Source of the DNA: Candidatus Nealsonbacteria bacterium | GTDB lineage: Bacteria > Patescibacteriota > Minisyncoccia > Minisyncoccales > PWPS01 | DNA: 64,000 nucleotides | Direction of reading: 5' to 3' | Assembly: GCA_003551425.1 (NCBI GenBank) | Contig: PUMP01000048.1 | Coordinates: forward strand, 2,825 to 66,824 | Part shown: piece by piece, positions 27,452-36,501 of the stretch | Layout: every line of letters starts with the position of its first letter | Position numbering within the stretch: position 1 is the first letter of the stretch | Translations under genes and position numbers: made by a program | The notes under the pieces: model-generated | Told to the model about the DNA's origin: nothing | Database searches by the model: none | The model's input: only the letters and a program-made list of their open reading frames with translations

Positions 27452-27760
27452 GTGAGAAGTGCTATTGTGGCGATGATTATGCTCGTGATAATGGGTGTTA
27501 CGTTCTCTGGGATAGAAGTAGAAAAGTTCTTTAATAAAGCGGAAGAAGTGGCTTATGAGATCAATATAAGAAGCATAGAGCAAGCAGTTGAATTGCATAA
27601 ATTCAACGAAGGAAAATTACCGGAAACGAAAGAAGATCTGGAGAGATACTTGGATAAAGAATTAAACGAGCTATGGGATGAAGTAGAGTATCAAACAGAA
27701 GACGGCATTCCATTTATAATAATAAATGGAGAAAGAGTAGAGTTGCAGGTAAAAATTTGA
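27452..27760 (+). CDS. hypothetical small membrane-anchored protein
   Basis: GTG start preceded by AAAGGAGGG; N-terminal TM helix. Confidence 0.45.
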   Translation: MRSAIVAMIMLVIMGVTFSGIEVEKFFNKAEEVAYEINIRSIEQAVELHKFNEGKLPETKEDLERYLDKELNELWDEVEYQTEDGIPFIIINGERVELQVKI

Positions 27761-27769
27761 TCATTGTAG

Positions 27770-27808
27770 GTGAACCTTTCGGGCCGGACTTGTTCCGGTC
27801 TTTATTTT
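27770..27808 (+). terminator. intrinsic terminator
   Basis: CCGGACttgtTCCGG hairpin followed by TCTTTATTTT. Confidence 0.55.
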
Positions 27809-27891
27809 ATGAAAAATCTTGACAAGGAAAGGCGCCATAATTATAATTCTAATAGGAAAAAGGTCGGAGATAAACCAATTTAGATTAAATT

Positions 27892-28314
27892 ATGGCGCTT
27901 GTACCAAAAAAATTCTTTGAAGAGATGCCTGACTTTTTTGGAGATGAAGACTGGTTCTTGCCCGTTTTCTCTAAAAAAAGCTCCGAACCGGATATGGATG
28001 TTTATGAAACAGATAAAGAAGTAATAGCAGAAGTCAGTTTGCCCAATATAGATCCCAAGAATATCAAAGTATCGGCGGAAAATGGAGTGTTGAGAATAAA
28101 AGGTGATATGAAAGATGAAAAAGAAGAAAAAGAGAAGAATTACTGGAAAAAAGAGATTAGAAAAGGAGCTTTTGAAAGGGCAGTTAAGTTACCGTCCAGC
28201 GTAGATGAGAGTAAGGCAGATGCCAGTTATGAAAAAGGGGTTTTAAAGGTTACCTTGCCGAAAACAGAGCCGAAAGGAAAGAAAGCAAAAGAGATAAAAG
28301 TTAAGGCAAAATAA
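27892..28314 (+). CDS. Hsp20/alpha-crystallin family small heat-shock protein
   Basis: The alpha-crystallin domain pattern (D...E.....V...LPG...E.I.V....L.I.G) and the C-terminal GVL.V.LPK. Confidence 0.85.
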   Translation: MALVPKKFFEEMPDFFGDEDWFLPVFSKKSSEPDMDVYETDKEVIAEVSLPNIDPKNIKVSAENGVLRIKGDMKDEKEEKEKNYWKKEIRKGAFERAVKLPSSVDESKADASYEKGVLKVTLPKTEPKGKKAKEIKVKAK

Positions 28315-28327
28315 GAAAGCTGTAAAT

Positions 28328-28356
28328 GTTCGCCCTGTCAGGGCGAGCATCTTTTT
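28328..28356 (+). terminator. intrinsic terminator
   Basis: TCGCCCTgtcAGGGCGA followed by GCATCTTTTTAT. Confidence 0.6.
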
Positions 28357-29397
28357 ATGGAGACAATTTATTTAATTTTACTTTTTTCTGTTTCTATATT
28401 TGCCCTTGTGAAAGGGGCTGATTGGTTTCTTGGGGGTGCGGAAAAGATAGGTTTGTTTTTAGGAATGTCTCCTTTTATTGTAGGGGTTACCATTGTCTCT
28501 TTCGGAACCTCTTTCCCGGAACTTTTTACCGGTATTATGGCCGTATTGAGAGGAGTTCCCGATATTGTTGTTGCTAACGCAATTGGTTCTAATATTGCCA
28601 ACATACTGCTTGTTGTGGGGTTTTCCGCTCTTGTTGGCGGGAAATTGGTAGTTACTAAAAGCCTTGTGGATCTTGATTTACCCCTTCTTGCCGCGGGAAC
28701 GGTTATTTTGCTTACCATGATTTTTCCTTTTGGAGAGAAAGGATCCGGAGCTACTATCGAATGGATTGAATCTTTGGTTTTGATTATCGGTTATGCGGTT
28801 TATGTTTTTTATATTTTTTTACATCAAGAAAAGGAGAATGAATTACCGGAAGAGATTAGCAAGGAAAAGATGGGAGATACGGCTACTTTGCCAACTCGTG
28901 ACGAAAGAAGAAAACACGTTGTAAGAAGCAAAAAAGCAAAGAAACCGGGATTGAAGAAGGAAGATATAATACTTTTCTTAACGGGAATATTGTTTCTTTT
29001 TTTCGGCGCTCATTTTGTGATCGATTCAGCAGTACAACTTTCCGAGAAGTTTGCCATAGGTGTGGGCGTAGTTTCAATTATTGCAATAGCTATCGGGACA
29101 ACTTTGCCTGAGCTTTTTGTTTCTGTGAAAGCTGCCAGAGACAATAAGCCGGAAGTTGCTCTTGGAAATATTTTTGGATCAAATATTTTTAATTCTTTTA
29201 TAGTTATCGGAGTGCCCGGAATAATAGGGGAATTGACTCTGGACGAGAAGACATATCAAATTGGTGTTCCCTTTCTTTTAATTGCAACAGCCTTATTTGT
29301 TATTTCCGGAATATCAAGGAGAATTCATGCTTATGAAGGCGCTTTTTATCTTTTACTTTACTTCTTATTTATAGTTAAAATATTTGGTATTTTTTAG
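28357..29397 (+). CDS. CaCA-family Na+/Ca2+ exchanger (YrbG-like)
   Basis: Two alpha-repeats: GTSFPELFTGI...AIGSNIANILLV and GTTLPELFVSV...IFGSNIFNSF. Confidence 0.8.
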   Translation: METIYLILLFSVSIFALVKGADWFLGGAEKIGLFLGMSPFIVGVTIVSFGTSFPELFTGIMAVLRGVPDIVVANAIGSNIANILLVVGFSALVGGKLVVTKSLVDLDLPLLAAGTVILLTMIFPFGEKGSGATIEWIESLVLIIGYAVYVFYIFLHQEKENELPEEISKEKMGDTATLPTRDERRKHVVRSKKAKKPGLKKEDIILFLTGILFLFFGAHFVIDSAVQLSEKFAIGVGVVSIIAIAIGTTLPELFVSVKAARDNKPEVALGNIFGSNIFNSFIVIGVPGIIGELTLDEKTYQIGVPFLLIATALFVISGISRRIHAYEGAFYLLLYFLFIVKIFGIF

Positions 29398-29674
29398 AAT
29401 GAAAAAAAGTATTCATATTCTAGTGTCAGGAAGAGTGCAAGGAGTTTTTTTCAGGGATTCCACAAAAAGAAAAGCGAAGTCTTTGGGAGTAAAGGGGTTT
29501 GTAAGGAACCTTGAAAACGGAGAAGTAGAGATATTCGCGGAAGGGGAAGAGGACAAACTAAAAGAGCTTTCTAGTTGGTGTGATTACGGCCCTCCCCTTG
29601 CAAGGGTTAAAGAGAAAAGGGTAGAATGGAAAAAGTACGAAGAAAAATTTGATAACTTTATTATAGAAGCATGA
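29384..29674 (+). CDS. acyP: acylphosphatase
   Basis: V.G.VQGVFFR and G.V.N...G.VE motifs; 96 aa. Confidence 0.8.
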   Translation: MVFFRMKKSIHILVSGRVQGVFFRDSTKRKAKSLGVKGFVRNLENGEVEIFAEGEEDKLKELSSWCDYGPPLARVKEKRVEWKKYEEKFDNFIIEA

Positions 29675-29751
29675 AAACAATAGATATCTTAGGAGTGATT
29701 ATAGCATTTATTGCCGCTATTTATTTTTTGCTTAATTCTCCTTTTTGAAAA

Positions 29752-29790
29752 GCAAAACCCCTTGTTGAGACACAAGGGGTTTTTGGTGTT
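29752..29790. terminator. bidirectional intrinsic terminator
   Basis: AAAACCCCTTGTtgagACACAAGGGGTTTT. Confidence 0.6.
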
Positions 29791-29802
29791 TTGGGTTTCT
29801 TT

Positions 29803-30042
29803 TTACTCTTCTTCCTCTTCCGTTTCTTCTTCGTCCTCTTCGTCCAGATCTTCTAAATCTTCATCATCGAGATCAAGATCATCGTCGAGATCAAGATCAT
29901 CATCGAGATCAAGATCATCGCCAAGATCTAAATCGTCGTCTTGTTCCTCTTCTCCTCCTGTTTCTTCCTCCTCTTCATCATCATCTTGCATCATTCCTAA
30001 AAGTTCTCTTTTACGAATTTCTTTTTGGTCTGATAAAAACAT
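29803..30042 (-). CDS. acidic repeat protein (DDLDLD hexapeptide repeats + poly-E tail)
   Basis: The ORF is built on the 18-bp tandem repeat. I chose the start at the internal Met (MFLSDQKEIRK...). The serine-rich plus-strand ORF at 29711..30124 is its shadow. Confidence 0.4.
   Translation of the reverse strand: MFLSDQKEIRKRELLGMMQDDDEEEEETGGEEEQDDDLDLGDDLDLDDDLDLDDDLDLDDEDLEDLDEEDEEETEEEEE
29869..29940. repeat. 18-bp tandem repeat x3-4 (GAGATCAAGATCATCRTC)
   Basis: Copies at 29869, 29887 and 29905, plus a degenerate 4th. They encode (DDLDLD)n on the minus strand. Confidence 0.8.
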
Positions 30043-30130
30043 ATTATTTTCTTTTCTTTTAAAGAAAAGTGTTATTTTATCTTTAAAGTACACCGACCTT
30101 TTTTCTAGACACATTATAATTTGAAAGAAA

Positions 30131-30598
30131 ATGTTGTCAATACGTGAATCAAATTTGCTTTCAAACTTTCTTTTATTTATAATAGAAACAATGATCAAAG
30201 TAACGGAAAAGAAAGGGTTTTTTGTCTCTTGGATTGTATGGCATTATGTTGTTGTCCTTAAAGAAATTATTCTATCTTGGAAAGATTTCCTTTTTTTTAA
30301 TTTGAATTATTTTTCTATTTTTCGTCTACTGACTACCTTTTTTTCTCCTTGGCGAAAATACAAAACATCTTATGGCAGGGGATTTGATCTTAAAAGATAC
30401 GCTGAAGCAATAATTTTCAACACTTTTTCTCGCCTCATAGGGATGATAATGAGGATATTCTTAATAATTACAGGCGTTCTGACAGAAATATTTATTTTTA
30501 TCACCGGAATTCTTTTTGTTGTTTTTTGGCTATTTATACCCGTTATAATAATCACGGGATTATTCTTATCAATAAGATGGATATTAACTTTCACTTAA
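30131..30598 (+). CDS. hypothetical polytopic membrane protein
   Basis: 155 aa, 4 predicted TM helices; overlaps the start of the Clp-like gene. Confidence 0.45.
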   Translation: MLSIRESNLLSNFLLFIIETMIKVTEKKGFFVSWIVWHYVVVLKEIILSWKDFLFFNLNYFSIFRLLTTFFSPWRKYKTSYGRGFDLKRYAEAIIFNTFSRLIGMIMRIFLIITGVLTEIFIFITGILFVVFWLFIPVIIITGLFLSIRWILTFT

Positions 30599-33090
30599 AA
30601 AAGGCGGCAATATATAAATCTTTATTACTGGGAAAGATTCCTATTTTTAGTAGAGCGGGTATTTTTAAGAAAATTTTTCTGCTTCTATTTTGTGTTTCTC
30701 TCTTATTATTTCTCTTAGAAGAGCACCTTGGAGCAGGTCCTTATTTTCTAGAATTTAGTTTTTTCTTCTTTCTTTTATTTCTTCTCTTTATGGAGCTTGA
30801 ATTTTTCTTCAAGTTTTCCGTAAAAAGACCCAATCTTTTAATAAGCACGCAAGACGCGCTAGACAACATAGAAGAAACAAATATTGCGGAGTTTTTAAGC
30901 TTTGAAAGTGCTCGTATCATAGAGGCCGTGGAAAGAAAAGGGGGAGCAGACTCTTATCTTCTTCTTTATTATCTGTTGAAAAAAGCAAAAGACATGGACT
31001 TTGTTTTCTGTCGCGCGATGCTTGAAAAAAAACAGGTTTTGCGTGACCTAAAATTTATTTTTGACGAAAGGAAGATAATCGCTGAGAAAGAGTACTCCAC
31101 TTGTCTGAAGAAGACAATAAAAGAGGCTTTGATTGTAGCGGCAAAAAGAAATAACGAAAGAATAACTCCCGGAGATTTATTTACCGCGCTTAGTAAACAT
31201 AATGGTTATTTAAGAGACTTTGTTTATCGGAACGGAATGACGGAAGAGGATATATTTGATCTTACTTCGTGGAGAAAGAGATTAAAAAGAAAAGAGAATC
31301 CTTTTCGCTACAAGAATCTTATTAAAAAAGGCAGCCTGGGGAAAGAGTGGAATTTTGGCTTTACTCCTTTTCTTGATGATTTTTCCATAAATTGGACGGA
31401 AAAAATGAAAATAGCCGGGTTTCCGGAAACGATCGGGCATAAAAAAGAGATAATATCTTTGGAAAGGATTTTAGCTCGTGATGAAATTAATAACGTAGTT
31501 TTAGTCGGAGAATCCGGAATGGGAAGAAGAAGCGTGATTCAGGGTTTTGCAAAAAAATCTTTTCTTGGAGAAAGTCTTCCGGGGACCAATCATTTACGCG
31601 TCTTAGAGCTTGATCTTTCTTCGGTCCTTGCAAGAGTAGAAGGATTGGAAAAAACAGAAAAGGCGCTTGATAAGATATTTAGCGAGGTAGCAAAAGCAGG
31701 TAATATTGTTTTGGTAATCAATGACTTCCATAATTTTATAACAGGAGAGCAAAGATTGGGAGCTATCAATATTTCCGGCATTCTGGAGCCTTATTTACAC
31801 ATGCCTTCGTTTCGATTGATCGGAGTAACTGATTTTTCCGGATTTCGAAAAGAAATAGAGAAAAACTCTTCCATCTTTTCTTTGATGGAAAAGGTAGAGA
31901 TGAGAAATTTATCGCACAAAGAAGTACTAATTCTATTGGAAAATTTAACTCTTAGACTGGAAAGAAGATCCGGGAAAATGATTTCGTTTGCGGCGATCAA
32001 AAATACAATAGAGTTTTCTGACCGCTATATGCAAGCCGAGCCTTTTCCGGAAAAAGCCTTTACTCTTTTAGAAGAAGCGGTAGCCCATATCGATCAGAAA
32101 AAAGAAAAAATTGTTTTACCGGAGCACATAGCGGAAATAATTTCCGAGAAAACGGAAATTCCTGTTGGAGAAATAGATAAAAAAGAAAAAGAAGTTCTTC
32201 TTAATTTGGAAAAACTTATTCATGAAAGGATTGTTAACCAAGAGAACGCAGTAAGGGCCGTTTCTTCCGCTCTCAGGAGGGCTAGAGCCGATGTAGGTGT
32301 GAGAAAGGGGACTATAGGAGGGTTTCTTTTCTTAGGCCCTACAGGAGTTGGAAAAACGGAAATGGCAAAAGCGATAGCTGATATTTATTTTGGATCGGAA
32401 AAGAAGATAAATCGTATCGATATGTCTGAGTTTCAAAATATTTCCGACGTACAACGTATTATCGGCTCAGCAGAAGAAGGGGGAGTATTAACTTCGGGAA
32501 TAATTGAAGATCCTTTTTCGCTTGTCCTTCTCGATGAAATAGAAAAAGCTCATCCCGATATATTGAATTTATTCTTACAAATTTTGGATGAAGGCCATAT
32601 CACGGACGGAACAGGTAGGAGGGTTGATTTCAGTAATTCCATGATTATCGCCACCAGTAACGCCGGCTATCAAATTATTCTTGAAGCGATCGAAAAAGGA
32701 ACAGAGTGGGGGAAAGTGAAGAAAAAGATTTTAAATAATCTTTTTCAAAGAACTGTTTTTCGTCCGGAGTTCGTTAATCGTTTTGACGAAGTTATTATTT
32801 TTAAACCCTTAACCAAGGAAGATCTTGTTGCCGTTGCGGGTATGCAGCTTGATAATATAGCCAAAAAATTTGCGAGTAAAGATATGCACTTTACGGTTAC
32901 CAAGGAATTAAAAGAGAAGATTGCGGAAATGGGATACGATCCGGTATTTGGCGCAAGAGAGATGCAGCGCGCTATACAGGACAGTATTAGTAACGAGCTT
33001 GCCTCCGCTGTTTTACGCGGTAATATTAAAAAAGGAGATAAGTTTACCGTTGATGAAAAGAGCTTGAAGATAAGGAAGATGAAAACGTAG
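30577..33090 (+). CDS. ClpB/ClpC-like AAA+ chaperone with N-terminal TM segments and degenerate D1 P-loop
   Basis: D2 is intact: Walker A GPTGVGKTE, Walker B LVLLDEIEKAH, sensor 2/Clp C-terminal domain. The D1 Walker A reads GESGMGRRS in place of GxPGVGKT. About 90 aa of N-terminal membrane region precede a Clp_N-like repeat. Confidence 0.7.
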   Translation: MDINFHLKKAAIYKSLLLGKIPIFSRAGIFKKIFLLLFCVSLLLFLLEEHLGAGPYFLEFSFFFFLLFLLFMELEFFFKFSVKRPNLLISTQDALDNIEETNIAEFLSFESARIIEAVERKGGADSYLLLYYLLKKAKDMDFVFCRAMLEKKQVLRDLKFIFDERKIIAEKEYSTCLKKTIKEALIVAAKRNNERITPGDLFTALSKHNGYLRDFVYRNGMTEEDIFDLTSWRKRLKRKENPFRYKNLIKKGSLGKEWNFGFTPFLDDFSINWTEKMKIAGFPETIGHKKEIISLERILARDEINNVVLVGESGMGRRSVIQGFAKKSFLGESLPGTNHLRVLELDLSSVLARVEGLEKTEKALDKIFSEVAKAGNIVLVINDFHNFITGEQRLGAINISGILEPYLHMPSFRLIGVTDFSGFRKEIEKNSSIFSLMEKVEMRNLSHKEVLILLENLTLRLERRSGKMISFAAIKNTIEFSDRYMQAEPFPEKAFTLLEEAVAHIDQKKEKIVLPEHIAEIISEKTEIPVGEIDKKEKEVLLNLEKLIHERIVNQENAVRAVSSALRRARADVGVRKGTIGGFLFLGPTGVGKTEMAKAIADIYFGSEKKINRIDMSEFQNISDVQRIIGSAEEGGVLTSGIIEDPFSLVLLDEIEKAHPDILNLFLQILDEGHITDGTGRRVDFSNSMIIATSNAGYQIILEAIEKGTEWGKVKKKILNNLFQRTVFRPEFVNRFDEVIIFKPLTKEDLVAVAGMQLDNIAKKFASKDMHFTVTKELKEKIAEMGYDPVFGAREMQRAIQDSISNELASAVLRGNIKKGDKFTVDEKSLKIRKMKT

Positions 33091-33185
33091 AGAAGAAAAA
33101 ATCAACGCTTCAGTCCCTCTTCCAAGGAAGGGGGATTTTTTGGTTTATAGGGGAAGTGGATAACAGGGGTTGACAGGTTTTGTTT

Positions 33186-33256
33186 TGTGGAATAAAATGG
33201 GAACACGTTATCATATTGTGGAAAAAAGTGGGGAAAACTAATATTCTTTGTGGAAA
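33186..33256 (+). promoter_or_regulatory. MraZ operator-like array of GTGG(G/A) direct repeats upstream of mraZ
   Basis: GTGGA...ATGGG...GTGGA...GTGGGG...GTGGA at ~10-12 bp spacing within 80 bp of the mraZ start. Confidence 0.45.
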
Positions 33257-33262
33257 ACAATT

Positions 33263-33694
33263 ATGTTTATCGGTGAATATACATATAAGATAGATGAAAA
33301 GAAGAGACTTGCTATCCCGATAAAATTTCGCGAGGAATTAAAGAAAAGAACGGTGATTACCAAAGGACTCGATAGTTGTCTTTTCATGTACCCGCTTAAG
33401 GAATGGAAGGAGTTAGCTCCCAAAATAAGCAGCATGCCTCTTGCTCAGTCTGACGCAAGAGGATTTGCTCGTTTTATGCTTGCCGGTGCCATGGAGGTAG
33501 AGTTTGATTCTTTGGGAAGAATTCTTGTTCCCGATTACTTGAAAGAATACGCATCTTTAAAAAAAGAAGTGGTGATAGTTGGTGTTTATAACCGAATAGA
33601 AGTATGGAACAAGGAGTTATGGGAAGAGTATCGAACAAAGACAGAAAAGGAGGTCGGGAGTATCGCAGAAAGACTAAAGGAGCTTGGAGTTTAA
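33263..33694 (+). CDS. mraZ: transcriptional regulator MraZ
   Basis: Duplicated MraZ/AbrB-type domains (KKRLAIP.KFR... and GRILVPDYL); first gene of the dcw cluster. Confidence 0.85.
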   Translation: MFIGEYTYKIDEKKRLAIPIKFREELKKRTVITKGLDSCLFMYPLKEWKELAPKISSMPLAQSDARGFARFMLAGAMEVEFDSLGRILVPDYLKEYASLKKEVVIVGVYNRIEVWNKELWEEYRTKTEKEVGSIAERLKELGV

Positions 33695-33698
33695 ATAG

Positions 33699-34562
33699 AT
33701 GAAAGAGCAGATTCATATACCTGTTTTGAAAGAAGAAGTATTGTCCTTTTTAAATCCGCAGAAAAACCAGAACTTTGTAGATTGCACGGCGGGGATGGGA
33801 GGCCATGCGTTGGCCTTGCTGGAGCGCAACGGTCCGGAAGGAAAGGTTCTTGCCTTGGAGTGGGACACCGATCTTTATAAATTACTGAAAAATAAGAAGA
33901 GACTTCTTGTTTTCAACGAATCCTATACCAGACTCGAAGAGATTGTAGAGCGAGAGAACTTCCACCCGATTTCAGGAATACTTTTTGATCTGGGGTTCTC
34001 TAGCTTTCATACGGAAAGGAGCGGAAGAGGGTTTTCTTTTATGAAAGATGAGCCGCTTGATATGCGTTACAACAAAAATACTCTTCTTACGGCCGAGAAG
34101 ATAGTTAATCAATATAAAGAGAAAGATCTTTTTTACATTTTCCGTAAGTGGGGAGAAGAAAAGTACGCACGTGAGATAGCGAGAAACATTGTTTCGAAAA
34201 GAAAAAAGGAGCCGATTAAAACCACAAAAGATTTGGCAAGAATCATAGAGAAGAGTGTTCCTTCTTCATATAAATCCCAACGAATAAATTGCGCGACAAA
34301 AACTTTTCAAAGCCTTCGTATCGCGGTAAACGGAGAGATAATGAATATGAAAGAGGGATTAACGCAAGCGCTGAGAGTGCTTCCCAAAAAAGGGAGAATC
34401 GCTGTTATTACTTTTCATGGAATTGAAGAAAAAACATTACTTGATTTTATCAAAGAAAACAATCTTTTTCTTTTGACAAAAAAACCAATTACCCCGCGCA
34501 TTGAAGAAATTAAAAATAATATTCGTTCAAGGTCGGCGAAACTAAGAGTAATCATCAAATAA
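33699..34562 (+). CDS. rsmH: 16S rRNA (cytosine1402-N4)-methyltransferase
   Basis: HIPVL..E....L......VDCT.G.GGH, DLGFSS, and the C-terminal RSRSAKLRV. Confidence 0.9.
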   Translation: MKEQIHIPVLKEEVLSFLNPQKNQNFVDCTAGMGGHALALLERNGPEGKVLALEWDTDLYKLLKNKKRLLVFNESYTRLEEIVERENFHPISGILFDLGFSSFHTERSGRGFSFMKDEPLDMRYNKNTLLTAEKIVNQYKEKDLFYIFRKWGEEKYAREIARNIVSKRKKEPIKTTKDLARIIEKSVPSSYKSQRINCATKTFQSLRIAVNGEIMNMKEGLTQALRVLPKKGRIAVITFHGIEEKTLLDFIKENNLFLLTKKPITPRIEEIKNNIRSRSAKLRVIIK

Positions 34563-34568
34563 AGAAAA

Positions 34569-34853
34569 ATGAAGTTTAAATTTATTTATATTTTATCACT
34601 TTCTCTAGTAATAGCTCTTGCTTCTTTTTGTGTTTTTCAGATTATTGAACTTACAGAAGAAGTTTATCTTGTACAAGTAAAGCAAAAAGAACTAAATAAT
34701 ATTTTTCAAGAGAATGAGATTCTTACAAATAATTCAGCCAACAAGATATCGTTAAGAGAGGTAGAGAGTTTAGCGCGAGATATGGGCTTTGTGGATGCAA
34801 GGGATGTAAGTTATATCGAGGTACTTGGAACAGAAGTTGTGGTTTATGAATAA
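34569..34853 (+). CDS. FtsL-like cell-division protein
   Basis: 94 aa; single TM then coiled coil; sits between rsmH and ftsI. Confidence 0.5.
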   Translation: MKFKFIYILSLSLVIALASFCVFQIIELTEEVYLVQVKQKELNNIFQENEILTNNSANKISLREVESLARDMGFVDARDVSYIEVLGTEVVVYE

Positions 34854-36501
34854 AGGGCGTTTTTATTTCGTTGTTGTCTTAATGACACTTATGTCAGCTG
34901 TTCTTTGCTGGCGTCTTTTTAATATTCAGGTTTTAAAAAGTGGGGAGTGGAGCGCGCAAGCTCAGGGACAACAGAGATATTTTACTCAGGACGAAGGAGA
35001 AAGAGGATCAATTTATTTACAAAATGTAAATGGCAACCAAATTCCGGTTGCTATAAACAGAAAGATTGTACATGCTTATATCTCTCCCCGTGAGATTGAA
35101 GAAAAAGAAGATCTTGCGCTAAAGCTTTCCAATGCTTTGGAAGTTGAAAAAGAAGAAATATTGGAGAAGATGGATCGCGACTCCTCTTATGAAATAATAA
35201 AAAGGGAACTAAGCAAAGAAGAGATATTGGAAATAAATGAAATTTCCAAAGCCTATCTGGAAGAAGATATTAAAAGATATTATCCGGAAAACGATTTTAG
35301 CTCCCATGTTCTTGGGTTTATAGGAGGAGAAAGAAAAGGCCAGTATGGAGTAGAGCAATATTATGAAGAGATTTTACGAGGAAGAGTAGGAATAAGAGAG
35401 GGGAGTAGAGGCTCCTGGGGATCTCTTATTACAAGAGATTCCATAAAAAGGGGGGAAGATATCTCTTTGACCGTAGACTATAATATTCAACATTTTGTAG
35501 AGAAGGCTCTTCTTGACGCTCATGAGGATTTTAATATTACGGGTGGAAGCATTATCGTGGGAGATCCAAACGACGGAAAGATTATTGCCATGGCAAGTTT
35601 TCCTTCTTTTGATCCTAATAATTATCGTGAAAACAGCAGCTACGAAGTATTAAAAAATCCAGTAGTACAAAAAACTTTTGAGCCGGGATCCGTTTTTAAG
35701 CCGATTACCATGGTTGCCGCTCTGGAAGAAGGGGCGATAGACCCCGACGAAACCTATAACGATACGGGAGAAAAAAGAGTCCACGGAAGGGTTATACGCA
35801 ATTATGGACAACGATCTTACGGTGAAGTTACGATGAAGGAAATCATGGAGAGATCAATCAATACGGGAATTGTTTATGTAAAAGACAGGATTGGGAACGA
35901 ACTTTTTGAGGAGTATATTGAAAAATTTGGATTCTTTGATTTTACGGGAATTGATTTACACGGCGAAGTTCTTTCTGAAAACAGAAGTTTTAAAGAGGGA
36001 TATGATATAAATTACGCGAATGCTTCTTTTGGGCAAGGAATAGAAGTTACTCCTATTCAGTTTTTTCGGGCTTTTTCTGTTATTGCCAATGGCGGAAGGC
36101 TGGTAAACCCCTATATTGTACAAGGAATGGAAACACCTGAAGGAGAAAGGATTATTTCTTCTTCTGCAGCCACTCAAATGACGTCCATATTGGTTGGAAC
36201 CATAGAGGATGGATTTGGAGCTTCGGCAAAGGTTCCGGGCTATCATGTTGCCGGAAAAACGGGAACTTCACAAATTTCTTGGTCTGATCTTGGTATAAGC
36301 AAAAGAGGATATTCTCCGGAGACCATTCAAGCGTTTGCCGGATATGTTCCCGCGTATGATCCCCAATTTTTAATTATGGTTAAGCTTGATAGGCCGCAAG
36401 CGCGTACTGCAGAAGTTTCTGCCGCACCTATTTTTAGAAAAGTTGCGGAATACGTTCTTGATTATAATCAAGTACCCCCTGATTATGAAATAGAAAAATG
36501 A
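34825..36501 (+). CDS. ftsI: penicillin-binding protein 2/FtsI (transpeptidase)
   Basis: N-terminal TM and PBP dimer domain. Transpeptidase motifs SVFKP (SxxK), SINTG (SxN) and KTGTS (KTG). It may start at the internal Met (34846). Confidence 0.85.
   Translation: MEQKLWFMNKGRFYFVVVLMTLMSAVLCWRLFNIQVLKSGEWSAQAQGQQRYFTQDEGERGSIYLQNVNGNQIPVAINRKIVHAYISPREIEEKEDLALKLSNALEVEKEEILEKMDRDSSYEIIKRELSKEEILEINEISKAYLEEDIKRYYPENDFSSHVLGFIGGERKGQYGVEQYYEEILRGRVGIREGSRGSWGSLITRDSIKRGEDISLTVDYNIQHFVEKALLDAHEDFNITGGSIIVGDPNDGKIIAMASFPSFDPNNYRENSSYEVLKNPVVQKTFEPGSVFKPITMVAALEEGAIDPDETYNDTGEKRVHGRVIRNYGQRSYGEVTMKEIMERSINTGIVYVKDRIGNELFEEYIEKFGFFDFTGIDLHGEVLSENRSFKEGYDINYANASFGQGIEVTPIQFFRAFSVIANGGRLVNPYIVQGMETPEGERIISSSAATQMTSILVGTIEDGFGASAKVPGYHVAGKTGTSQISWSDLGISKRGYSPETIQAFAGYVPAYDPQFLIMVKLDRPQARTAEVSAAPIFRKVAEYVLDYNQVPPDYEIEK

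Noticed and set aside
29869-29940. Possible CRISPR-like array (regular short repeats)
   Set aside because: Units are contiguous 18-bp tandem copies without spacers and lie inside a coding region. The 54274..54327 repeats are the same. No cas genes.
29711-30124. 137-aa serine-rich ORF on the plus strand (SSSSVSSSSSSSRSSKSSSSRS...)
   Set aside because: It is the antisense shadow of the acidic (DDLDLD)n/poly-E gene and its 18-bp tandem repeat. Low-complexity, no start context.
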